A stretch of 64,000 nt of DNA from the NCBI GenBank assembly GCA_030390025.1, contig CM059431.1, positions 101,248,001 to 101,312,000 of the forward strand. The letters run 5' to 3'. The notes below the pieces were generated by a model, which worked only from the letters and a program-made list of their open reading frames with translations, had not been told where the DNA came from and made no database searches. The position numbers and the translations under genes are program-made. Source of the DNA: Squalus acanthias. Lineage: Eukaryota. This document shows, in pieces, positions 25,791 through 38,500 of this stretch; within the stretch, counting starts at the first letter, position 1, and every line of letters starts with the position of its first letter.

Positions 25791-26919
25791 TCCTGAGGTC
25801 ATGAAAGGCGCTATATAAATGCAGGTTCTTTCCTTCTTTAGTTAGGGCACTTCACTGAGGGGCGTGGGGAAAGATTGGCTCATGCCCGACCGAAAAGCTC
25901 GGTTATGTCACAGGACATTATTTTTAGTCCTTTTTTTAGCTGAAGATGTTCCAGTGAATCTTTTGTGAAATTAAGTTTTTGGTTATCTATTTTGTAGCTG
26001 GTTCATGTGCTGGTAAGAAGTGCATTAATCTAACCCTGCTTTCGGTACAGTGATGGTATTGAGAGTGTACGGGTTGACCTAGTGTATCAACTGATGGTTC
26101 TCATACTCTTAATTTTGGTCCTGTTAGATGAACTTCTCTCGCTCTAAGATTAAAAAGTGCATATTTGTTTTTAGGTAGGGCTAGTTATGAAGGAATCTCT
26201 ACAGGCATAACTTGCGGGGCTGCATCAGCAATGTTCAATGACGACCCGCCACCACAACAAAGGTAAGAGAAAAGGAACATGAATACAATCCCTCCCCAAA
26301 AATGCCAGCTGTTCAAAATAAATCTATTATAGAATAGAATCATAGAATGGTTACGGCAGAGAAGGAGGCCATTCGGCCCATCGAGCCCGTGCCGGCTCTC
26401 TGCAAGAGCACTTCAGCTAGTCCCACTCCCCCGCCCTTTCCCCGTAGCCCTGCAAATTATTTATGGTATATGGTACACGGGGCATGTATTTCATTAAAAA
26501 AAACTCACTGGGAGGGACATAGTCGTATGGGTTTTCGCTGGGTGAAGCACTGAGCACGAGTGAGAATGATGGAGAAATGAGCAGCCTTGGCTGGACGCCG
26601 ATGTCACGTGCAGGCAATGGGCACAGTTGTCATGCACATGGTGGAGAAGTGAGGCAGAGTCCACGATGCAAATTTGCAATGTGTTGCAGGAGGTTTCCTC
26701 ATGATATGTAGAACACCCTGAAGAATGTGACACAGTCCAGGAGATTTCTGCAACAGTAAGATGTCATGCGGGGTTTCTAAGGACATTGATGGTTTCTGGA
26801 GTGACAGCTATCACTGCTTGAATAGCTGCATAAGGTGAGGGGGGGGGGGTGGTGGTTGGGGGGTCAGTCTGAATACAACAAGTTGACAGGTCTTGCCGGG
26901 CTTGATTGGAACTCCTACA

Positions 26920-27395
26920 CTGTTGCAATGAAGCTCAACACAACCTCATATTTCGATCAGGCACGCCTTCCAGCCTCAACATTGAGTTCAACAACTTCAG
27001 ATCATAACCACCGCTCCCATTTTCTCGGACAGCAGGTGCTGGGTAATGGTTCTACCGTAACCATTTACACCTCCTCTGGACACATCTTTTGTTTCTTTAC
27101 TTGTCCCATTACCACCCCCGTTTTGCCTCGCACCATCATCCCTTTTGTCAATGAATCACTCCTGCCCTCCCCGCTATCAGACCTTCCCTTTTCTTCCTTC
27201 CTCCCCTCTCCCTGCCTCTGTACTTGCTTCTAAACTGTTAAATCTCCAACTTCTTCCAGTCCTGATTGAAGGTCATCAACCTGAAACGTTAACTCTGTTT
27301 CTCTCTCCACAGATGCTGCCTGACCTGCTGAGTATTTCCGACATTTTCTGTTTTTATTTCAGATCTGCAACAACCGCAGTGTTTTTTGCTTTTGT
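26920..27395 (+). mobile_element. Penelope-like 3' end with decayed hammerhead motif
   Basis: ctcaacattgagttcaacaacttcaga (ORF end), then pLTR-type sequence with cctgaaacgttaactctg. Confidence 0.75.
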
Positions 27396-27844
27396 TGATT
27401 GGGACTATTCCTTTTGTAATGACACTGACCGGCAGCACATCGAAGCCTGTGCCCTGCACCAGTGATTTGCAAGGAATGCAACAGATGTTGCTGCCTCTCA
27501 CAATAGTGACACAGTGCGACTGCTTCTTGAAGGCCCTCTCCAAAGCCAACAACCGAGGGAGCTTCAAATCTGGTCCTGACGCCTCTCGACAATGCACGAG
27601 AATCACAACCGAAAATGTATCCCTCAATAACAGCAACTTGCACTTATATAGCGCATTTAACGTTGTAAAAAGGCGCTATATAGATGCAAGTAGTAGTTGT
27701 TGTTCTCAGGGACAACAGCTTCACTGAGGCAAGAGGCTTCAGAGGAATCTTGACCACATAGACTTTAGGAGTTCAATTCTGTGAATGCTTGCAAGATAGT
27801 GAACTTGGATAATAACATGTGACTTTTGTATTCTAGAGGCAAAG

Positions 27845-28977
27845 TACGAAAATATACCCTATTCTTATATGTAGGATTAGGATTTGGTTTAATCTCATAT
27901 GATTAAGGCTTACGCTTTCTTTTCACTTACAAATAGCTTGTAGACTTGTACTGTAGCTAGAAATAATAAAATCGTCAATGCAGCTCATTCCTAGAATGCT
28001 TCTGGGTATGAATGCCATTTAGCAAGAAAAGGCTTTGTCAGCAAGGAGAGGTCTTTTGTTAGCAAGGAATGATGAGTAAGGGGGTCAGCAGTCTCCCAGA
28101 TAAGAGGGTAGCCTACATTGCAAACAAACAAGACAATGATCAACAGATCAGAAGGATATACTTTCCTTAGAGGCGGTGCGACGAAGGTTCACTAGATTGA
28201 CTCCTGGGATGAGAGGGTTGTCCTAGGAGGAGAGATTGAGTAGATTGGGCCTATACTCTATGGAGTTTAGAAGAATGAGAGGGTGATCTAATTGAAGCAC
28301 ATAAGATTCTGAGGGGGCTTGACAGGGTAGATGCTGAGAGGCTGTTTCCCCTGGCTGGGGAGTCGAGAACGCGGGGCATAGTCTCAGGATAAGGGTTCGG
28401 CCATTTAGGACTGAGATGAGGAGAAATGTCTTCCCTCAGAGGGTTGTGAATCTTTGGAATTCTCTACATCAGAGTGCTGTGAATGTTCAGTCGATGAGTA
28501 TATTCAAGACTGAGATCGATAGATTTTTGGACTTTAGGGGAATCAAGGGATATGGGGATTGGGCGGGAAAGTGGAGTTGAGGTTGAAGATCAGCCGTGAT
28601 CTTACTAAATGGTAGAGCAGGCTTGAGGGGCTGTGTGGCCTACTCCTACTCCTAATTCTGATGTTCTTATGAAACTAAAAAACTCGGAAACTGAAAAACA
28701 ACCCCTATCACACCATAATAAATCATCAAGGTTACAAGGATGGGTGTGCGTGACTAGAGCCCTATAAAGATCTTAAGCTTTTTTTCACAATTCGTAGAGA
28801 GAGACGAGAACAAAAGAATCGACGATGGTTACGTTCTCTACTCAGAGCGAAAGCGGGTAATATTGTTTATTTCTCTGTATGACTATTGCTTAAGACATTG
28901 AGCGTGTCAAGGCTTGGTCAAACTCAATAAAGATTATTTGCAACCAAGAAAGTGGTACCAAGTCTAAGATCCTTACA
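27845..28977 (+). mobile_element. LTR-like element (left end unclear) interrupted by a CR1 3' fragment (~28170-28670)
   Basis: Shares blocks with 31768-32582 (ggattaggatttggtttaatctcatatgattaagg; gggtaatattgtttatttctctgtatgacta); AATAAA at ~28926; ends ...ccttaca. Confidence 0.6.
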
Positions 28978-29419
28978 TCCTCACCAACGCCAACAACTGA
29001 GGAAGCTTCTAATCTGATTCCGACATGAGAATCGCAACCAGAAGTGGATCCCTCAGGGGTCAACAGCTTCACTGAGGCAAGAGGCTCCAGAGGAATCTTA
29101 CTAGCCACCCACCTCTCGTCACTTGTACCTTGTAGAAGCAGTTGATTAGAAGTTCACGCAAGGAGAGGGCAAGAAATTACTGGAACTTTTTCTTCAATTT
29201 TGTTCTGGAAAGTAAATTTTTTTGACCACATAGACTTTTGGAGGTCAATGTTGTGAATGTTTGCAAGATCGTGAACTTGGATAATAACATGTGGCCTTTG
29301 TGTTATAGAGGCAAGGTTCAGAAGCCTTTAGGAATGCAGATTTTTCTGAGGCGGTCGTGGATGGGGAGAGGAACAAGCAAGAGGCAAAAGAAATTTGGTT
29401 TCTTCACTTTTATTTCTTG

Positions 29420-30050
29420 AAAACCCTTGGCTATAAGTCACTGCCCTCTTTCTCTAGCTGCAGGCTGCTGGCTCTCTTGCTCCATTTCCTTTGCTCCCTG
29501 TGCAGCCTCCTCCTGATATGAAGGTGAGAATCCTTTCTATCTTCATCATCATCCCTTCCAGCTTCAGGGAGTAGCAACATTTGCCGCACAGTGATGTTAA
29601 GTTGGATCTGGCAAGCTACAATGATCTTGGAGATTCTCGCTGGGCTACAGTGCAGGGCTCCACCAGATTTAACCAGGCACCTAAAACAAGATTTTCAGAA
29701 TCCCAATGGTCTGCTCCATCACAGTTCTTGTAGTCCCAAGGGCTTCATGATATTTGTTCTTCCCCTCTGTCTGCAGATGCCATGTTGGAGTCATAAGCCA
29801 TAACTACAAGAATAACCCTGATCCCTAATCAATTGTCCTGATGCAGGGTTTTGATGCATCAGGGCTGGTATGGTGGGTTGTCACATGAAGTAGAGCTTCC
29901 AGGATAGTGGGCATAAGCACGCAGAATGAGGTGAGTGGCATCTTACCACAAGCTGCAAGCTAACTGAACGAAACCCTCTCCTATTCATGAAATTCAGAGG
30001 GTTGTCATATGGGATGTTCAGTGCCACACGAGTTGTATCAATTGTTCTTA
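29420..30050 (-). pseudogene. Decayed PIF/Harbinger (HARBI1-like) DDE transposase, C-terminal half
   Basis: Hand translation with frameshifts: TIDTTRVAL, MNRRGFRSVSLQLV, AHYPGS, DQGY, WLMTP, TRTVMEQTIGILK, RCL, SGGAL, IIVAC, acidic tract, LIAKGF. Confidence 0.8.
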
Positions 30051-30244
30051 CCACTTTAGCTCAGATTCTGCAACACAGCGATGGGCTGATATCGGTATAG
30101 CTCCATTGGGTATAGATCTCTGCGCTCCTCCAATTCTGGCCTCTTGAGCATCCCCGATTTCCATCGCTCCACCATTGGCGGCCGTGCCTTCAGCTGCCTA
30201 GGCCTTAAGCTCTGGAATTCCCTCCCTAAACCTCTCCGCCTCTC

Positions 30245-30670
30245 TAGCTCAGTGGGTACGGGTAGCAAAGTGATCCAGTAATTTAGTAATCCAGAGGCCT
30301 GGACTAATGATCCAGAGACATGAGTTTAAATTCAACCATTTATTTAAATTCAGTTAATTAAATCTGGAATAAAAAGCTAGTATCAGTAATGGTGACCATG
30401 AAACTACCGGATTGTCATAAAAATCCATCTGGTTCACTAATGTCCTTTAAGGTTCGGAAATCTGCTGCTCTTACCTGGTCTGGGCCTATATGTGACTCCA
30501 GACCCACAGCAATGTGGTTGACTCTTAACTGCCCTCTGAAATGGCCTAGCAAGCCACTCGGTTGTATTCAAGGCGGCGGCTCGCCACTACCTTCTCAAGG
30601 ACAATTAGGGATGGGCAATAAATGCTGGCCTTGCCGGCGATATCCACATCCCGTGAATGAATTTTAAAAA
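30245..30670 (+). mobile_element. SINE-like element sharing its 3' tail with the second LINE family, inside an L2-like fragment
   Basis: tagctcagtgg head; tail gggatgggcaataaatgctggcc; L2-like sequence on both sides. Confidence 0.6.
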
Positions 30671-31767
30671 AAAGCCTCTCTCCTCCTTTAAGACCCTCCT
30701 TAAAACCCACCTCTTTGACCAAGCTTTTGACCATCTGTCCTAATATGTCCTTATGTGGCTAGTTATCAAATTTTGTCTGATTACGCTCCTGTGAAGCGCC
30801 TTGGGACATTTTACTACATTCAAGATGCTATATAAATACAAGTTGTTGTTATTGTTATTGTTGGCTCTTTCCCCAACGTATGGTTAAGGGCAAACAGCGT
30901 GGTACCCGTCAATTTGGTCCCACGTTCTGTGCTGTAGTCCGTTGAACCAACTATCACACTATTACCACAATTGTGAATTTTAAAGAAGCAAATATCTCTG
31001 CTAGGAGATCAGCAATTGAGTTGGAGAAGCCATTAAACTAAAACTGTCTAGCCAAAATGATTTCCCACATGAAAGCTTTTCGATACAGTAAGAAATTGCT
31101 TGCACCACAATACGGTGCAGTAGACAGTGTTCTCTAGCCACAGTAATTGCTTCTAGATAGCTTTGTTTATAAAGGTGAAACCATGAGCTTGCATTCTGTG
31201 GTATAGCTGGCATGGAATGAGTCAAAAATATTGACACAAACATGCACCTCTCGTATTTATGTTCATCCATTGCTAACTAAAGTGCCTGCATTATCAGTTA
31301 TTACGATGGCTTCAAATCTCATTCTTCAGCATTGCTTCTGGTGCCATCAACCCTTCCTTGACCTCTCACTTTGTGTAAGCTATTTCTCATATCTCTAACC
31401 TTCCTTCCCCTCTACATGGTCCTGAAATGCATCACTGCCACCAAATGATGCGCTCACCTCTACTGACATTCTCGGTCACAGTATCTTCAAACTATTTTCT
31501 GTGAGGGCTCTGGACAAAGTCACAGATGCCATCCTGTACGACTCCAAATACACTCACTGATCCACCTCATCCTTTCCACTGCTTTCTACATTATTGACCA
31601 CTCCATCTTCCTCCACCACTCTCTTGTAGCTCCATTTCTGCCTGTCCTAATTACAGTCATCACAGCTCCTCAAATGGTTTCTCCTGCTGTTACTGTATGG
31701 TCACCTCTGGTATCTTCCAGGGTTAAATTGCTGATTCCCTTCTATTCATTATGCATGTGCTATCCCT

Positions 31768-32582
31768 TGTAAGATACCGTATTTCTGTATACATATATAC
31801 GTGGGATTAGGATTTGGTTTAATCTCATATGATTAAGGTTTCTGTTTTATTTTTTCTCAGAACTAGCATGTAGATTTGCACTGTAGCTAGAAATAATGAA
31901 ACGGTTAAATTGTTCATTCCCAGGATTAACATTCCCTACAGGCTACGCGGCCACGCAGTTCTCTGCCGGTCCTGCGCAGCCCGGGACCGGCTTTTGCAAC
32001 GTTAAAGTTCGCGCATGCTCGAAATTGTGAATGGGCCGCGCACCCAAAAAAAAATGATGGGGTACATTGCCCAGGATGTGTTAGGGTTTAATGTATCCGG
32101 GTACAATGCAGCTGACTGTGCTGTATGTTTTCTGCTGAGCGACAGGATGTGTGATTCATGCAATTGATTTGACTTTGTCAATACATTGGGAAACGAGATA
32201 GTCTTGAAATAGGAAACAGGACAATGGGCTCAAGATAATTCGTTCCATGCTCAATGGCAAAAAAGTTGGCATCTGGTGTTTTGTAGGAACTACCTCATTT
32301 CTGGGGGGTCTTGTTCACAATAACACTTATCGTGCCATAATGAATCAGCAAGGACAGTGTGCGTGACTAGAGGCCTATGAAGCTTTCCTTCACAATTTGT
32401 CGAGAGTCATGATCAAAAGGATCGCTGAAGGTTATGTCTCTATCCAGAGGGCAACGGGGTAATATTGTTTATTTCTCTGTATGACTACTCCTTAGAGACA
32501 TTGAGTGTGTCAAGACTCGGTCGAACACAGGAAAAGGTTTACATTGCAACCATATTTGGTGTCAGATTTGAATTCTCTTATA
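31768..32582 (+). mobile_element. Solo LTR
   Basis: Ends TGTAAGA...TCTTATA; 4-bp TSD CCCT on both sides; sits in an old LINE RT fragment. Confidence 0.75.
31927..32069. mobile_element. hAT-type MITE
   Basis: 8-bp TSD CCCAGGAT; ends taacattccc / ggggtacattg; same family as 59640. Confidence 0.85.
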
Positions 32583-33464
32583 CCCTTCAGTAAGATTAGC
32601 AACAAACACTGGGTAAGTTTTCATAGAGGTGCCGACGACAGCCAACTTTACCTCTTCGCTAGCACCAAGACTGTTGCAGAAATTCGAACTGCCTGTACAA
32701 CATGAAATCATGGATGAGCATTAACTTGCTAATCCTTGTGACTTATTGAAAAGTTAAACGTTTTGGACACCATTGCAAAAATCTGATGCTGTTACAGATT
32801 AAGCAATGTCAATCCGAGGTGCAAACTCCCACTTCTTACAGATGATTAAGAAGCAACCCAGGATCACAACAGACAACAGCTTGCACGCTGAATAATTGTC
32901 TGGTACTGAAATTAAACAGAGGAACAACCATCTCGAAACCAGACAATGCTGTTGAAAACGGGACATGCTTAGAGACTACAGTAAATTAAAATTGCCACCA
33001 GAAGTTTAAAATCATGAAGGGTTTAGATAGAGTAAATAAAGAGAAACTGTTTCCAATGGCTGAAGGGTCAATAACCAGAGGGCCCAGGTTTAAGGTGATT
33101 GGCAAAAGAACCAGAGGAAAAACCTTTTTATGCAACAAGTGGTTAGGATTTGGAATGCACTGTCTGATAGGGTGGTGGAGACAGATTCAATAGTAGCCTT
33201 CAAAAGGAGAAAAAAATTGCAAGGATATGGGGAAAGAGCAGGGGGGAGTGGGACTAACTGGATTGCTCTTTGAAAGAGCCGGCACAGACTCTATGGGCAG
33301 AATGGCCTCCTTCTGTGCTGTACTATTCTATGATTCTCTGAAGTTCCCCAACAGGTTTTGGTCTCGTTGACAAGAGAAACAAAGCAATGCGGAGATTGCG
33401 GAGGCAATTAAATCTGACAATAGACAAAGTGATTGAGTCCGACATCAGACAAAGTGACAATTAA

Positions 33465-33813
33465 AAACAGAACAAGCTGGAAACACTCAGCAGCTCAGGC
33501 AGCAGCTGTGGAGAGAGAAAAAGAGTTAATGTTTCAGGTCGTTGACCTTTCGACAAAAGTTAGAGATGTAACACGTTTTAAGCAAGTGCAGGGGCAGAGA
33601 AAGGGGGGAGGGGAGGAACGAACAAAAGAGAAGGTCTGTGATTGGGTGGAGGGCAGGAATGATTAAATGGCAAAAGGGGGTGGTAATGGGACAAATAAAG
33701 AAACAAAAGATGGGTCAAGAGGAGGTGTAAATGGGAACAGCAGAATGATTAACAGCACCTGCTGTCTGAAAAAATGGGAGCGGTGGTTATGGTCTGAAAT
33801 TGTTGAACTCAAT
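33465..33813 (-). mobile_element. Penelope-like 3' end (continues ~35306-35340)
   Basis: tctgaaattgttgaactcaat | gttgagtccggaag split by a MITE. Confidence 0.8.
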
Positions 33814-35305
33814 GTGCCGTATTTTGCGACCCCTACGGGTGCATACCAGGTGTGTACACGCCCATAGGGGCCGCGCAAGTTCTGGGTTTAGGCATGCGAA
33901 GCGCATTCGCTAAAACCCAGAACTTGCGATGTCAAGAATCCTCTTGACAGATCCTCCGCATCCCCAGGAAAAGAGCCTCCACAGGCGGAGATTTGCGCTA
34001 TTTGCCCAACTTCCGCCCACTGAATGCCCGTGAAATTCTTACGCCTGGTAAAAGCAGGCATAAGGCCTGCTTTTACCAGCATAAGAGTTTTAAAAAATAG
34101 AAAAAATAAAATGTTATCACTCATTTATACATTTAAAAACCCTGTCCAATAAGGTAAGTTTATTTTTAGCCCCGTTAAAACATATTGGCCCAGAAATTGA
34201 TCTCGCTCTGTTCCCGCGGGGGTAAGGCTTCCCCGCGATCTCTCACTCCGCGTGTGCTTTTTCAGATCCAGCTCGCACGAACTTGATGTTCCAGACATCA
34301 GCTGGGCAGTGCTTGCGTATCCCACCGGCGTAGTGAATTCGTGCGAGCTGTGGGATCACGTGACTCAGTTAGAGCCAATGGCAGCACACCATCTTCCATT
34401 CATAAGTTTCACATACGTGCTGTGAAATCTATGAATCTTACACCCCCCCAAAATAACAGCTAAACAAACCTCAATTAAATTAAAAAAAAAAACCATCACA
34501 TTAATAAAATAAGTATAGTTAAATAAATTAACCATTTTAAATAAAAAATAAAATTTTTGAAAAAATTTAAAATCTTTTAAAAAGTTATAAAAATAAACTT
34601 ACCTGTCTTTAAAGTCTCTAAAAAAGATATACCTGTTAAAAAAAATTCAAAAAAATACTTAATTCACTACTTACCTTGTTAAAAGTGGGTCTTACTCCTC
34701 CTTTTTCCATTTCTAAAATCTTCCGTACTTACCTGCGCGTCCAAAGCACGAAGTGCACAGCGTGCGCGCAGCCTGTAGCGCGCACGCGATGCACCGAGGA
34801 ACCGCCCCCTTTTCAAAAGACCAAGTGCCGGTTTTCAGCGCATGCGCAGGGCATGCAGAAAACCGGCAATTGGAGAGAGAATACGCGAGAGTATGCAGTG
34901 CGTACTCTCGCGTCGCGGGATGAATTTTTGGCCCATAATTTTTTCTTCAAAAAATTAAATTCATTTAAAATATTTAATTAAAAGGCATTTTAATTAATTT
35001 TAAATTTGTAATTTAAATTTTTTTTATTTCATGTGTTGGTGTATTTTTTTTTTAAGTGATCCCCATTCATACTTATGGGGATTCCGTACATACGCAACTC
35101 CCGTAAGTATGAATGGGGATTCCCTTCTTTTATTGGTTGGGCCGGCCCACGTGATCCCAGGGGCGCTCGCGAACTGCCTGCACCCTGGGATACGCGGAGA
35201 GGCCCAGGATCGCGAGTCTCCGCACCTCCAGGTAAATGCGTAGACTTTTTATTACAGGTCGGAGGCATCTGCCCGCGGGAAGCCTCCGATCGCAAATTTT
35301 GGGCC
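33814..35305. mobile_element. Harbinger-like MITE hosting a second MITE
   Basis: Ends gtgccgtattttgcga / tcgcaaattttgggcc; TSD AAT. Confidence 0.85.
34187..34934. mobile_element. Harbinger-like MITE, nested
   Basis: Ends ggcccagaaattgatc / gatgaatttttggccc; flanks att/ata; close paralogue of 52802-53545. Confidence 0.88.
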
Positions 35306-35480
35306 AATGTTGAGTCCGGAAGACTGTAAAATGCCTACTCGAGACAATTAAGAGGCATGGGAAGTAGTGGAGTCTGTCAACAAACAAGGTCATGATGCGG
35401 AGATGCCGGTATTGGACTGGGGTGGACAAAAGTGAGAAGTCGCACAACACCAGGTTATAGTCCAACAGTTTTATTTGAAA

Positions 35481-35518
35481 TCACAAGCTTTCGGAGCTGC
35501 TGCTCCTTCGTCAGGTGA
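35481..35518 (-). ncRNA. Minimal hammerhead ribozyme motif (family B), intact core
   Basis: Minus strand: tcac-CTGACGA-a-ggagc(agca)gctcc-GAAA-gc-tt-gtga. Confidence 0.72.
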
Positions 35519-38500
35519 AGTGAAGGAATACGAATCGGCAAAGCATATATAGACAGAGAACAATGCCTGTGCAGCGTACAATGTCAGACGACTACAGTTA
35601 ATCTTTCTGACTGCCTTTTATCACACCTCGGCAGAGAGACAATCAGGTCAGTCAGGAAGGCATTATATCAAAGACATAGCAAGATACAACTAAGACAATG
35701 AGGTGGGGTCACAGGGGGTCTAATGTGTCAAATGCTTCAGTCTGTATGGAAAACCATAAACTTTAAAATTTTTACTTTTTTTTTTACTGGAAATCACATC
35801 TGTGAACAAGCCAACGATGACTCGAGTCTGGATGACTCTACGTCATGTAACGTGACATGAACCCAAGATCCCGGTTGAGGCCGTCCTTAACAAACAAGGT
35901 GATTGAGAAGAATAATTAAGACAATAGAATTGTGAAACAAAGGCAGGACATGTCGGTCTCAATGTTGCCTCTAATTTTTTTTTATACTCAGCGGGCCACG
36001 AACTCCTTTGAGCGCAAGCTTTTCGTCCGCGGACAAATTCTACAACAACAACTTTTACAACGACGACAGCAACAGCAACCACTTCAAAGCATATACGCAG
36101 TAATGCCGTATTGCCACCCCACCGTCTCAAATCATGAGACAATCAGACAAGGTTCTATACAAGTTTAACAGAACTTCTCTGCTTTTGAATTCTATTCCTC
36201 TAGAAATGAGCCCCAGTGCTTTATTTGCACTTTTATGGCTTTTTAAACCTGCGTTGCTACTTTTAATGATTTGTGAATCTATACCCTTAGATCCCTTCGC
36301 ACCTCTACTCCATTTAGACTCTTATTTTCCAAGGAGTAGGTAACCTCCTTATTCCTCCTACCAAAATGCACCACCTCACATTTACCTATATTGAAATTCA
36401 TTTGTCATTTACATGCCCATTCTGCAAGTTTGTTTACGGTAGAATTAATAAAAAAGCTTTTAGTTCGTCATGGACAAACTCCATTTAAAAAAAAATTACT
36501 TGTCAGAAATGACTGGGATATAAAAGAACTGCATAATAATGCATTAACACTTCAGAAACGTCACTCAGTTACACGGTTATGCATCGACAAACAATCCAAA
36601 AGTCCGTGGCGCTAACGTGCTGTACATCCACATAAGTGATTAGAATATTAAGCACAATGCAATCAGACAACCAACAAATATAAAGTGCTGTAGTTCTTTA
36701 GTTCACTGTATTAAAAAGAATTGAACAAAAACGGGTATCTGTATTTTCAACTTCAATCACTTCCATTAATAAACGTGGTCTTCTTGAACCAGCACACCCC
36801 CCCATGTAACATGTCAGAAATGCAGCACTTATTCACAAGTGCAGAAAAACACATACACATTTTGCGTCACCGAATTAAAAACAAAAAGCAGGAAAAGCTA
36901 TGATTTAACAGAAATAAACATTCATCTTTCTTCCTGGACAGGAGACCCAATCAGACTGACTTGGAAATGATTACTAATATGTTGACATAAAAATGTTAAT
37001 TTACAAATTTTGCTTCTAATGTTTTTCTCTCAAACATTTGCCACAATATTAATCCCTGCTCTTATCATGAAAAGTGTTGAATTATTTTAGGCACTTCGCA
37101 ATTAAATAGCGGGAAACAAACGTCATTGTACTTCAATTTTTAATCTCCTATTTCAAACATTTATACCAAGTCGAAATTGTACATTATCAGTTTAATCGAA
37201 GTATTTTCTGCGTCTTTCTCAATAAACAAACAGTGGTTTCTTCTAATTTTTATACATCATTACATAACTCTTGTTTCTATTAACACTCAACTAAACGTTT
37301 AAGAGGAAATCTATATTTACATTACTCCTGAGACTTGTTCGGACTATTGAATGACAAAATAAAATGGTTTGTGTTTTTCCCCTTTTTTGGTTCTCTTCCT
37401 AAACGTCTTAATGATATTTTTTAAAAGTCAATAAAAACTAATATGTAATTCCTACAAATCCTCCCCTGCCCTCCCCCTCCTCAACAGCATGGTTGCATGT
37501 TTGTGTAAAGCCACTCACTTCAGTTGATCGTTCAAAATCAAATATTGAGAAATTTCAATTTTAAAACATTTTAAGCAATTCAGAGCCTCTTTAAAAGTGT
37601 TTGGACTTCAAGACCTGGTTGAAACTTGTTTAGATGAGGGGAAAATTGATTTTTGCTTGCTTCTTCCAAAATCATATTCGAAACTTAGGGGGGAAAAAAA
37701 GTGTTTTTAACACTCATTTTTTGGGAAACGTTCATTAAAAATTCTTTCAAGTCTCATTACAGCTTTGACAGAAGAAGTTGCTCCAAGTTTCTCTTTCCCT
37801 CTTCAATGCTGTCGTTAAACATACAACAAAAAAACCAAAACTCTATTCACTTCTTATTTGAGTTGTGTTTGGAGTTAAAGTGGTTAAACTTCCGAAGAAG
37901 GCGGTGAGGTTATCTATCCCCAGCCTTGGCGATGAGTTGGGATCAGTTTTGGAGAAGTTGTTTCCTCTTTTTCTGCTGCCGTTCCCTCCGTCTCTCACAG
38001 ACCCTGAGGTACAAACGGGGGTGCAAGCTTTTTCCCCTCTCTCATAACATGATTTAAATAACCCTGATAAACTCTTTCAAAAAGAGAACAACACCTGGCA
38101 AAATTTAACTGGAACTTACTGCGGGACATTCATCATCACTTTCCTGTATTTTTCCGGCTTTAAACAATTTTCCGAATGTAAACATTTTTTTCAGTGCCTA
38201 AAAATAGTTTGCTTTAGCCTCCTTCCAGCAGCCATTGTACCTGTGCTGCGCCTCCACCTGTGCTGTTCCAAAGTGCGACCACCGCTCAGTCCCCAGGGAT
38301 GGACTACACGCGCCTGGACTCTACGCGCCTGGACTCTCACCCCTCTCCCTCTGACCCTGTCTCTCGCTCTCCCTCCGACTGTCTGTCTCTATCCCAGTCT
38401 CGCTCTCTCTCTCTGTCCCTGTCCCTCTCTCTGTTTCACTGTCTCTCTCTCTGCAAAGAACATCGGAGCAAAAGGAGAAGCAGAGAATCAGTGTCAGCTC

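Noticed and set aside
26520..26830. Possible N-terminal Harbinger transposase remnant
   Set aside because: Similarity too weak to support by eye
27845..32582. Single provirus bounded by the two LTR-like pieces
   Set aside because: The second has its own TSD, the two are diverged, and no gag/pol lies between them
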